64,000 nucleotides of DNA from the human T2T-CHM13v2.0 reference genome, Homo sapiens, in assembly GCF_009914755.1 (NCBI RefSeq), contig NC_060925.1; one strand, given 5' to 3'. Position 1 is the stretch's first letter, and the number at the start of each line of letters is the position of its first letter. The position numbers were made by a program, and so were the translations under genes. Shown here one piece after another: positions 1-11,660 of this stretch. The notes under the pieces were generated by a model that was not told where the DNA came from, made no database searches, and saw only the letters and a program-made list of their open reading frames with translations.

Positions 1-844
1 ATGTGCAGGCCATGGTCTAATAATTCAGAAGATTTCATTAGTCTAGGCACAGCTCAGGCACCTAGTCTAAAGGTTACACCTTTCTAATTTGCCTGAGATT
101 CTGGTTAAACTTGGTATGATGATGTTATCTCAATAAGGTCTTCAATAAGCCTCAATAAAGTCCAAGAGGCTTTTAGATTTTGATTCCTCTTTCCACCCTT
201 AGATTTAGCTCATGTTGGGATTTAATGGATTTCAGTTTGAGTCTTCATTTGAGAAAAAACCTTATGTTTTTCCTCTGCAATAATTTATCCCCCCAAAACA
301 ACAAAAAATTTGAGGTAACTGCAAGCTTGGGGTCTGAGTCAAAGGGTCCCAGTGGGGAGTTAAGGGTTTAGTGTCCAGTGGTCAAGGACGTCTTGGCTAG
401 TGCCATCTGAAGCTAAATAAAAGCCTGATTATTTCACTTCAATGAAGTTAAGATTCTGCCTCCAATGGGCTCATGTGAGTTTGCACAAAGCCATTCTGAA
501 TCAAGACAATTCTCTACACACAATGCAAGTGCAGAGATGGCAACTGATTCAGACTTCACTCCAGTGAGCATGTGTGATCACGCAAACTCAAGTTCAACCA
601 GAGCTTATACTTCTCTCTTCGGTCAACTAAAGGGGATCCTATGTCAATTACATGACCTTGCCTGCAAGGGGAGTGGTGGCCTACTGTGTCAGAAAGCATA
701 CAGAATACAAAGCCTTCTGACTCTCTGGGCCCAAAGTCACCCACTTATTATACAATCAATGAAACTGAAAATTACAGAAGATTTTAGCAACCAATCTCTT
801 AGAACTTCTAGATACTAACCCTCTGGCAGAACTGAAAGTATTAA

Positions 845-1169
<325 letters not shown>

Positions 1170-2397
1170 AACACTCCAGTTTTTATTATACAGTAATTCT
1201 CTGAAATGCAGACCCATTAAAAGAAGACAAAAACCCTCCTTGTCACAGGATGGTAACCAGACACTTCACAACTGAGCACTTTTACGACACCCAATAAAGA
1301 CTAACATGATAAACCAAACACTTAAGTGACATCAGATATGATTTTCAAGAGAGACTCTCCAATAAATGGAATAATCTAGCTACAAGTTATCTTAAGTCAA
1401 GTCACCTCCACCATCTGCCCTGGATCCATGCTACCTGTTAACTACTCTCCTGTCATTCCTAAGGGAGGAAAGTGGGGAGGTCAGGATCTGTGGGTATGTG
1501 CTGGTTCTAGAACAGGATTTAGCGAGTCAGTTCCTTCATCTGTACTATCCAGACCCCCTTTGGAAGTCCAGGGATGAAAGAGGTAGGCTTCACAGGGTCA
1601 CCAAGGACTGGGCCTTTGTGTGCGCTTCAGGCCTGCTGGGTCTCAGCAGCCATTTGGAAGTGTTAACTGCTATGGCTAAAGAGTGGCAAGCCTGATGGAG
1701 AGGCACTGATGATTCTCCTCAGGAAGGTCACCTAAAAGGAGTCTCCTCCTCATGTTTCTCTTGATTAGTTTTATAGTTTTTAAGCAAAACTGACTCCATA
1801 AAGCCCACTTCACTCTCACCTCTGGCTGGATGCACCTCCATCTCCGTGCAGAGGGCATGAGATGTGGAGTTAAGATGCTTCTGGGTCAAATTCTGTCCTT
1901 GCAACTTGAGCAAGGTTCAGACCTTTAAGGAACCTCAGCTTCCTCCTCTGGGCTGTTGTGACAACTGAGCAAGACTGTATACGGGAAGAGTTTAGAAAGG
2001 GCTCAGGATATATAATATATACAATTGTGCTGTAATTAGTTTTTATCTATCCAACCTTCCTGTTAAACTAAGTGCACCAATATCTGCCTCATTACTGTCT
2101 TCCAGGTGTCTGATATACTGAAGGTGCTGTAAAAACGCAGCTCATCAAGGCAGGCCTGGATCTGGGAAGTCACAACTTCCATAAAGTCAAGGTTGGTGGA
2201 CTAGGTCTATATGCAGATCCTAAAAACCCACTGGTAGACTTTTCAAATATTCTTCATGAAGATCAAACTACAAGCTTCTGAAAGGCCTTCTCTTTTACCG
2301 CTAAACAATTCTCACTGCAAAGGTTTTGACATTTAACCGAAGGACATTCAACTGCCATAAAGTTGGTGCTTTTTCCAAAACAACAATAAAATCCTGC

Positions 2398-2503
2398 TAT
2401 TTGTAGTTAACAAGCCAGATTTGTTTTTTAGTAACTATTACGCAAATTTTTTTTAGTATTTGTAGTTAATAAACCAGATTTGTTTAGTAACTATTACACA
2501 AAT
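2398..2503. repeat. Diverged tandem duplication, about 50 bp x 2
   Basis: tatttgtagttaa(c/t)aa(g/a)ccagatttg...tagtaactatta c(g/a)caaat at 2398-2447 and 2457-2503. Confidence 0.9.
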
Positions 2504-3009
2504 GAATTATATTTTAGTATATATATAGGCGCATTGTGGAAAATAGGGGAAAAGCAGGTTGGGGGTGGGAGAGCACCATAATCCCATCACCAATTTGTCT
2601 GTATTTTCTTCTAGGCTTTTCTTATGGTTTAAAAATAATTTTTAAGCTAGCTGTAATTGTAATAACACAGTGTAACTGTGCATACTGCTTTTCCCCATTT
2701 TAAACTGTAACAGACTTCATGTATTACTGATTTTTTAAAGTCTCTAATAAAAAAGAAAATGGAATTGAGATTTGGAAGAATTAACTTGTTTAACAAATTA
2801 ATATTGCAAACCATTTCACATTTAAAAGACAAAATGATGATTGTCTAATTCTCTTACTTTTTAAGTACTATTTGGCAGGACTATTTAAATTACTGAGCTT
2901 TTTTTAGATTTGGGGGAAATATTAAAATTTTGTATAGCTGTTTTCCTGTTACAAAAATAATGCATGCTCATTATACAACATTTAGAGAAAATTTCAATAA
3001 TTTAATGTT

Positions 3010-3150
3010 AACATTTATTGAATGTGGACTATGCACCAGGCACTATTCCAAATGCTATATACATAGATTAGCTCATTTATTCCTCACAACACTTATTGAA
3101 GCATAGATTAAGTAACTTGCTCACAGTCTACTCACCTAGAAGTATGAGCC
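3010..3150 (-). mobile_element. MIR fragment
   Basis: aacatttattga...actatgcaccaggcact...tcctcacaac...attaagtaacttgctcacagtc. Confidence 0.7.
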
Positions 3151-3423
3151 AGAAATCATTATGTTATGTTCTAGGAGTGAAACGAATCAATAATTTACTC
3201 AATCAAATGCTTCAGTTGTTTCAGAGCATAATGTCATAGGCAAGAAACAATTAATAATCACACTGTACCCTTTATAGTTATTTAAAATTATTATAAACCA
3301 CATCTCTGTGTCCCAGTGGAGCAATTAGTAAAATGAGAAATCATCTGTGGCATGAGCTAAGATCCTGGTTCAGCCCAATTCTGTGCACCTGACGTGCATT
3401 AGGACAAAAACAAGAAGCTTTAA

Positions 3424-3761
<338 letters not shown>

Positions 3762-4202
3762 TAAAAAATTTTTTAGATTTTAGGAAATGAGTCAACAATG
3801 TGATGAGTAGATTTCCTGAATTAACTGAACACCCAATCTCATGAAAGTTTACAAATAAAACAACCACTCACAATCAGCCTAACACTTCTTATGGCTTATC
3901 TGTTGGCCTTGGACATCAGCACATGCAAAAGTAAATAACCGGATACCCTTGGGTCACATGTTTTCATACTTTGATTAAGAATTACACTTGGTTAAAGATG
4001 AATACTTCTGTTCCTGGCTTAATTTCTTACCTAGGGCTAATAAACACAACTATTTGAAATATAAATTCTCTTTAAATGTAAAGGATAATGCAATGTTTCT
4101 GACTGTCAAAATTACTATGCAACTGTAACTTTAGCACTAAAAGCATATTAAAACTATTAATCCTTTAATCATAATTATTCATATTGCTGTGGTAGAAACA
4201 TC

Positions 4203-4232
4203 ACACATACACACACACAAACACACACACAC
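4203..4232. repeat. Imperfect (CA)n microsatellite
   Basis: Direct reading. Confidence 0.9.
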
Positions 4233-4349
4233 CAGTTACTTTCTGTAGAATTTGAAATTGCTCTATCTAGCATTTCCGGAAGGTTCAAGCTGCCACCCTG
4301 CAATTTATCCAGTAGCCTGCTGCTTGAACAAGCTAGATAAATATCTAAT

Positions 4350-4540
4350 AATTTTGACCATGTACTGCGTGTTAAGTCCAGTTTAAGTGTTTTCCAAAGA
4401 CAAAGTTTTCATATACTTTCTGTAAAGCCCTACAGATAGAGACCATTATTATCCCCATCTTATAAATCAGACTGAAAAAGGTTAAATAGCTAATATTTTC
4501 ATCTAAGTCTGTCTGACTCCAAAGCCAACACCCCAAATCA
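4350..4540 (-). mobile_element. MIR fragment
   Basis: ccattattatccccatcttata...gactga...ggttaaatag...gtctgtctgactccaaagcc. Confidence 0.7.
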
Positions 4541-5739
4541 CTGTTAAACAAGCTTCTCTTCCAAGTTAGGGCTCAGAAAAATTTACTTGCTTTCACAACT
4601 TGCCTTCCTAGGTTAAGCTTAAGCTGACATAAAACTCCAAAACAAAGCAAAACACAATAAATCACATAATTCTAATTTTAAAAAAAACTAATTTGATATT
4701 GGCTAACCACTTCCTCAAGTTTTCTGACCATGAAGCCCTTTGCTCTCACACTTTAATAAACCACCGATATTCTCTAACAAGTGACAACACAAATCCACAA
4801 ATCTAATTGTTAGAGAGCTTTCAAGTAAGACTGGAGCTTTCTGGACAGGAAATTTTTATAATTCTATTTTTTTCAGGCTCTTGTGAAACACAGATTCACA
4901 TTTTCATATATTTCTACACAAATCTAAGTGCTGTGTGCCCTGTTGGGGGTTCGATATCTAGTAAATTACATGAGTTAAATACAGCAAAAATAGGACTGCA
5001 TTATTTATAAGGTCTAACGACGCAGTAGACTTTTCAGCATTTTTTGGACTTAAACCAGGGCTTTACGGCGCTGGTTAACTATTAGAGAAGGCAAAGGGAC
5101 TGAACATTTTATCTGAAAGTCCTTTTATCACTTAAGACTCTGTAAAATTTTTGATTACTTTAAAAATTGTGTGTGTGAATAACGTTAGTTTACTAGAAAA
5201 GGGGCTTGCTAGTATATATAATTTGGTTAAAAAAACAAAAACAAAACAAAACAGCTCCTTACTTGAATGTGATTGTTTTGGCAATAGTAAAATTCAATCC
5301 CGTCGTTCTAGCGCTGCCTGCCTTCCTGGTTCTCCTAGGTGAGGGCCGCCATCCTGCGATAATTTACTTCGAGAGCTGCGAAGCGCTGGCAAGGGTGCAG
5401 TCTGGTGACTAGCACTTTTAAAAACAAAGCCAAACTCCGCTTTTAAAATAGAGAAGGCACAGACGCAGACCCTGCCTCTGACGACATCCAAAAGATTCAT
5501 TATACACAGCCTATTCAGGCGAAGCTACAACCGCCCCAGGAAATATAAACTGTGTCGGCAAAGACAGCAGGGGGGAGAGGAAGTAACTGATGGGAAGGAA
5601 GCTAATCATGTGAAGTTTGTCCAACTCCACACGGTCTAATAAATTCCCGTTTGTTTCCGCTGGGAGCAGCCATTAAACGCGCCCTGACACGTGGGCGCAG
5701 GAACCTCCCTTCTACCTCTGGTGTTCAGAGATTTCCTTC

Positions 5740-5880
5740 TCGACCCACTTGTTTGTATACAACCACGCCCGGCAGGATGACCACCAGATGACCGGCCGCA
5801 GCAATGCCTCCACTCAGTCCCAGTTGGGCAAAGTTTCACTCCACTGCGGCGACGTGAACAAGAATCACGGCTTCCTTATC
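5740..5880 (+). ncRNA. GNG12-AS1: Probable first exon of lncRNA GNG12-AS1 (TSS approximate); the transcript continues across the rest of the window
   Basis: CpG-rich segment ending in the consensus donor ATC|GTGAGT at 5881, about 1.1 kb inside GNG12 intron 1, matching the known head-to-head overlap of GNG12 and GNG12-AS1. Confidence 0.7.
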
Positions 5881-6788
5881 GTGAGTTATGAATGATTTAA
5901 GCCAAGTTTACAGGACACACAAAGCGAGGGACGAGTGAGTGACGGGAGGTGCTAAGTGACAGCGTTTTAAAGTTAGCTTTAATTGATATGCCCTAATTAA
6001 AATGAAAAACAGAATTCACCCTGCCCCACGGGATAACTGTCGGGGCAATAATTAAAAAAAAAAAAAATCACCCAAGACTAAGCCTCAACCTCCCCCTTAC
6101 CACTTGCAAATACAGTCTGCAGAAAAGCAGCCTCGGGTCCCCACTCGGGGGTCCCTCGCGGGGTGCGTCATATGGGCTCTCCCCTCTGCGACCCGCTATT
6201 TCCCTGCTAGACCCCCAGCGCCCAGCGGATTCCAAGGCTGCGCTCCCGCCGGCTGGTCCCGGGAGGTAGAAAGTAGGCAGAGGGGCGTGGCGTCCCTGTC
6301 GCCCCCACATGCCAGCCCTCCTCCAACGCCTGACACCACCACAAGCCACGGCTGGGAACACTGGGGGCCTCCCAACCCGGCGCGGGGCGCACGGCCGCAG
6401 GCTGGCGAGGAGGCAAGCGAGCTCAAGGGGAGACCTTTCCTTCCACCCCCAGCCCTAGCCCCAGCCACAGCCGTGGGGGCGGCTTCCCGCAACCTCGGGC
6501 GGCCGCCCGTCGAGGGCGCGCGCGCCGTTTCTGCCTCTGGGTCTCGGTGTCCCTTGGCCCCTTCCTCCCCCTCCCCCCGGTCTCCGGCGCCCAGCGCCCA
6601 GACCAGTCCCCGCCCTCCAGCAGGACACTCTTCCCTCCTTCCTTCCTTCCTCCGCTCCCTCCCTCCATCTCGCTTCCCAGCACCCGGGACTCGGAGGCGG
6701 CCCCCGAACTCGCTGGCCGACGCCCCGCGCCGCGCCCCGACCCCGCGGGGACCCGACTCACCACCCGCGCCCGCCGCTTGGTACTCAC

Positions 6789-6915
6789 CCGCCTGCCGGT
6801 GCGCTGCCCCGCCGTCGCCGCCGGGACTCGGTCTCTAAGGGCTCCTGGAGACGGCTCCGACCTCTCCTCCTCCTCCTCCTCTTGCTCCTCCGGGCGCCGG
6901 CTCCGCCTCGCTGGG
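6789..6915 (-). other. GNG12: GNG12 (G protein subunit gamma 12) non-coding first exon (5' UTR); 5' end approximate
   Basis: Minus strand reads ...GGAGCCCTTAGAGACCGAGTCCCGGCGGCGACGGCGGGGCAGCGCACCGGCAGGCGG|GTGAGTAC, matching my recall of the GNG12 mRNA 5' UTR and ending at a consensus donor (plus strand actcac 6783-6788), inside a CpG island. Identity is from memory, not a search. Confidence 0.85.
6864..6881 (-). repeat. (GAG)6 trinucleotide run in the GNG12 5' UTR
   Basis: ctcctcctcctcctcctc on the plus strand. Confidence 0.85.
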
Positions 6916-8478
6916 GTGGGCGGGGCGGCGGCGGCCCCGGGCTCCTTCCTCCGCGCCGGGCCCTGCCTCCCGCCCGGACGCCCTGGCTGTGCTGTCCCGG
7001 GCCGGGGAGCCCGCGTTGTGGCCCCGCAGGAGGAGGGGCGAGGCCTGGCCTGGGGAAGCTCGGTGGACGTCTGGTCGTCTTTGGCCATCCCCTTTCCTCT
7101 AATTCTCATGGAGGACCTGAAGTTCTAGGACTTGAGGGCCCCCACTCTACGACCCGCCCCCGCGCGGGGCCGCCCTGACTCCTCGCAAGTTTCCTTCGCG
7201 TGCGAACGCCTCGCTTGCCCCTGTGCCAGCGGTCCCCAGGGCTGTGAGGATGAGCGCTGCCAAACCCCTACACGAAAGTTTGGTTCTGTTCCAGAAACTA
7301 TGGAGGAAAACACTCATAGTAACATTTAAAGGGCCCTGGGGCCACGGAGAGAAGTTTCCCAGAAAGTGGAGGTATAACTGCGGATTATAGAATTTGTAGT
7401 ACATCCACCCACCATGAGCTTCCCGTCCATCTGCCCCGACCCCCTGAAATTTGTTTCCGAATGTCCAGTACCTGGCAGAGTTCTGCCTAATGAATTAATG
7501 GGATTTGGTTGGTCTTTTCTGGAAGGGTTCAAGGTCGGGTAAATGGAGGAGCCATTTCTGCTTCCACAGATTTTGTACTATTCCTTTGGCCATTCGACAG
7601 ACATTACCAAGCACCCGCTGTGTACCAACTGCGATGCTAAAGGTGATGGGAGAGGTACAAAGATGAATCAGACAAGGGGCTTGCCTTCTTGGAGTCCAGA
7701 AAGAGTAAAGAAGCTGGATGTTCAGAAAACCACTCAGCGGACTTCTAGAGTATTCCTAGGTAGCCGCTTTCTTGTTTGACAGGGTGGAGAGAAAAGAGGT
7801 GAGGCCAAAGTAGGTCACTTAGAACCAGTGTGGGCAGAGTCCACACTTGAAATGGAGTCTGAAAGCATTGGTGAGGGATGTCTGTGTATTGAGTTTCACC
7901 AACTGAGGACAAGTGGGCCCTGGGGAATCTGGGAACTAGGGACTGCAGTCAGGGCATTATATTCCCTCTTGCTTTCCTTCTGACCCCTAAGCAAGTTTCA
8001 GGTTTAGTGAAATCATTTGCACATGTAGAAGAGGTGTCACAGGTAGAGTAGGTGTATGAATGCATGCCTTGCCCCAGGAGTGTGGTCTTAGCAAGCTGCG
8101 GATGGCGGTGGTTTGTGGGATGCAAGCCACAGACTGCCAGAGGGGTCTTTATTTCCTGTTCTGTTCAGCATTAGGAAATGCTTGACTGATTCACAAGTAC
8201 TAACAGTTCAAATGATACACCTGAAACAGAACAGCTTGACACCACAGGGACTGAGAGGGTGGCATACTGGAGTTTGTATTTTTTGGCCACAGACCACAGA
8301 ATAGACTCCTCTAAGCTATGCTACTAATTTTCCTTCCTGGGACACTTTATAGTTTAATAAGTGCTTTCATGTACCTACTCTTACTTTTCTCTCATTAGTC
8401 TCTTGAAAAAACCTGGAAGCTGGAACACCACATATTGCCACCAGTAACTTAAGCGGCTTGTCGAAGGTTTTTCTAGTT

Positions 8479-8732
8479 GAGTGCTGTTCAAAGTGTGGTT
8501 CATGGAATAGTGACAGTCTGCAAACCGTTACCCATCTACAAAGGGATGAGCATAGAAATTGAAGATGAGCATGTAGAAGCTTACAGCAATTTGACAGAGT
8601 AATTTTATGTCTGTTAAATCGTTTAAAATGCAGCTTTGTATTTTATGTCTATTTCATTTTTCTTTTATGTGGAAAGGCATCAGCCTGCAACAGATTGAAA
8701 ATAAAATATCACAGATAGTTTGAGAAGCACTG
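8479..8732. mobile_element. hAT-Charlie-type DNA transposon remnant
   Basis: Termini agtgctgttcaaagtgtgg ... agtttgagaagcactg resemble Charlie/MER5-class TIRs. Confidence 0.6.
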
Positions 8733-8742
8733 ATCGAGATAG

Positions 8743-8795
8743 TATTAGGTTAGTACAGAAGTTATTACCGCAATTACTTTTGCATCAACCTAATA
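8743..8795. mobile_element. Internally deleted MADE1 (Mariner MITE)
   Basis: ta-ttaggttagtacagaagttatt-accgc-aattacttttgcatcaacctaa-ta: MADE1 TIRs with TA target duplications. Confidence 0.85.
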
Positions 8796-8809
8796 GCAAG
8801 GCAGGAATG

Positions 8810-9000
8810 ATAAGAGCTAATACTTAACCAGCACTTTCTGCATAGCAGATGTTGCTTTAAGTGCTTTACATATATTAAACCTTTTAATCCTCCTAACAAC
8901 CTAAGGACTTAGTCACAGGAAGGTTAGGTCTTACAGAGCAAAACTGGCAGAGCCAGGATTCAAACCTTGGCTGGCTGACCCAATACTTTGTGCTTTTATC
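8810..9000 (-). mobile_element. MIR
   Basis: taagtgctttacatatatt...tttaatcctcctaacaacc...ggcagagccaggattcaaacc. Confidence 0.75.
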
Positions 9001-9729
9001 GATGCCCTTGATCCAGTGTCCTTTCTACTCTGCTGATGTTTCCCAAACTTAAAGGATTCACATTCCATTTTCATACAACTGTAATTCCTATTTTTTATTT
9101 ATATTTCTTATTGACTCACTTTTGTTATTTTGTACATATATTACCCTGGCAGTTAGTAACTCCAAGCATGTAATCATGGGTTTGAAAAACAAGCATCAAT
9201 CTTCTACTCTAGTTTATATTAAAGTACATGCCTAATTCCAGCACTTGCTGCCAGTGCTTGGCCATACCCCCTCCAGTCCTTTTCCAGTTTCGTGCACACT
9301 GGTTCCAGGCGTGCTTTCATTCCCTCCTGCCAGCACCCACATCATATTCTCAGAGTACCAGCTCCAGCTGCAGGATTTGCTTTGCCTGGGCACAGGGCAG
9401 CTGGAAATGTGTAGAATTAATGTCCTCCACCTCCATCCCTAGCCTTTAGCCAGTGTGGAGGAATAAATATTTCAGCTACTTTGCTCATATTTGTGATAAC
9501 TGGGTGGATCTACATTGTCTACAGAGTTCCCTATGCTGTTGGGCCAAATTCCATGAGCCTGTTTGGTTTCTTATTTTTTTTTTTCTTTCTCTAGCCTTCT
9601 TTTAACTTTTTTTTTCCTTTTTTTTATGTTCTTGCTATAAAATAGTTAATGAACTATTTTCTACCCCCTCACCCAGTGGCATTCAAAACAAATAAATCAG
9701 TTTCCTATGAAAGAGTGTCAGTGGAGTGG

Positions 9730-9900
9730 AGTGAAATTTATGCTTTATGAGATAAGGTCTTTGGGATTAAGTCCTGGCTTTGCCATTAACAAGCTGTGTA
9801 AATTTGAGACAGTCACTTAACTTTGCTGGGTCTCTGCTTGTCTTTAAAATAAAGGGATTGTAAGAGAATGGCTCTAAAGTCCCAATTCTATGGAAATTAG
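9730..9900 (+). mobile_element. MIR fragment
   Basis: agtcctggctttgccattaacaagctgtgt...agtcacttaactt...tctttaaaataaaggg. Confidence 0.65.
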
Positions 9901-10779
9901 ATTTTAGTTTTAAAAAGTGGCTTTCTTGGCCATTTAATCCCTCACGAGACAAGCAAGAGAAGTGGTTTTATAATTCAGGACAGTTGTTTTTTTTTAACGA
10001 ATTGCAATTCATATGTCAATCTACTGTGAATTTCTATTTAATATTCAATAACAACACTGTAGCTAAAGGATGAGTCAGAAAGAGATGGTGAAGAAATGAA
10101 AAAGTGAGGCAACTCAGTCAGTCTCTCGGTGATCAGGTCTCCACAGACTTCAGAACAATTTTTTATTTTATTTTTTTAGAGATGGAGATCTCACTTCAGA
10201 ACAACATTTTTGGGATATCAGCTTTGCTCCCTGTGGATTTTATTGGTCCTATTGCACATGGCTTCACTCTTTGTCTGGACCTGCCCTGGAAGGCAGGGAG
10301 AGCTCCCTCCTTTTGAGTAGGTCACCTGGGAATAAGTGTCTTCCAAACTGGTTTTTCTGCTCAGTCGGAGACTGCCATATTTCCATGTAGAAGTTAGGTC
10401 AGGGAGAAGCACCCACAGTCTTGGAAATCCCCAAGTAACCTGTTGAAACGTGTATTGCCATAGGCAGGAGCTATGACCAAAACTGTGGCTACAGATCAGA
10501 AGGCAATTTAGCATAGTTCCACACTTACATGGGTGGAAACCTTCAGAGGCCTGGGTGGGAGTGACCCAAAATGGAGGCACCCATGCAAGTTAGTTGATTA
10601 CTAACTCAATATGAGCTCTCTGGCTTATTACTGCAATAGGCCCTCTAGCTCTAGGGAGTGGAAGTCCCCAGATACTGTTGTCTAGAAATAAAAAATATGG
10701 GCTCAAGAGTTAATGAATTTCCTGTCATTGGAGGAGTTCAAGCAGTGGTCTCTTAGAAAGTAGAGATTTAGAGGATATC

Positions 10780-11150
10780 AGCGATGCAACCCAAATGCCC
10801 ATCACAAGAGATAAGATACCTCCCTCTAAAGCACTCTGAAAAAAAGATATAGATCTAAATATGTTCACATGAAAAGATGCCCTCAATGCATTCTTGAACA
10901 TAGATAGCAGATTATAAACCATCATGTGGAGACGCTTCCATTCATGTATAAAAAAGCATACATACACACGAATCTCTTCTGTAAGTGTATCTGCAATGAT
11001 GTTTGTCAAAATAGTAACAGTGACTTTCTCAGGGTGGTGAGATTTCAGGTAACCTACCTTTTTTATACTGCATGAATTTTTTCACAGTGAATGTGTAGCT
11101 TTTCTATAAATCATGTCTTTTTGCATATTGTAAATGTATCTTTCTTTCAT
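10780..11150 (+). mobile_element. Old L1 (L1ME-like) 3' fragment
   Basis: gcaacccaaatgcccatcac ... aacagtgactttctcagggtggtgagatt, typical of L1ME 3' UTR. Confidence 0.55.
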
Positions 11151-11181
11151 AATATAAAAAGACAAAAGGCATTGTGCAGAC

Positions 11182-11397
11182 CAGGAGTTGGCAAATTATG
11201 GCCAGAGGACCAAAGGACGACATCTTTTGTAAATAAAGTTTAATTGGAACACAACCACACTCATTCATTTCCCTGTTGTCTACGGCTGCTTTTGTTTTTA
11301 CAAAGGTTAAGAGCTGAATAGCTGTAACAGAGCTTATGGCTTGCAAAGCCTAAAGTGTTTTATCTGCCCCTTTAGGAAAGAAGTGTAGCAACCTCTG
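11182..11397 (+). mobile_element. MER58A (hAT-Charlie MITE)
   Basis: caggagttggcaaa...tttgtaaataaagttt..ttggaacaca..cac..tcattcattt...; 8-bp TSD gtg(c/t)agac at 11174-11181 and 11398-11405. Confidence 0.85.
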
Positions 11398-11596
11398 GTG
11401 TAGACAATTGGACTGGAAAACGTTTTCAGCATGGCAAATTGCAACCTAGATTTTACTTTTTCAGATTTCAATTTATCTGAATTTCTATTAAAAATATGTA
11501 TAGGCTGTATATTTTAAAGTATATCCCAGTTCTGAGTAGTGATTATAACAGAGCAAAGTGACAGTATTAGTATTTGGGTAGCTAAGGTCTGTATAT

Positions 11597-11660
11597 TCTC
11601 CTTCTTCTTCCTCTTCCTTATTCTTTTCCTCCTCCTCTTCCTCTTCCTTCTCATTCTCCT
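11597..11660. repeat. CT-rich low-complexity tract
   Basis: (CTT/CTC)-rich run. Confidence 0.8.

Larger units (their letters stand above)
5290..7450. promoter_or_regulatory. CpG island / shared promoter region of GNG12 and GNG12-AS1 (core about 6130-7260)
   Basis: Very high GC and CpG density against a depleted background; GC boxes (gggcgggg 6918-6925, cccgcccc near 7153); E-box CACGTG 5688-5693; no TATA box seen. Confidence 0.92.

Noticed and set aside
6068-7404. Long overlapping ORFs (up to 244 aa) on both strands
   Set aside because: They lie in the GC-rich island where stops are rare; they are Pro/Arg/Gly/Ala-biased, open in several frames, and show no recognisable domain.
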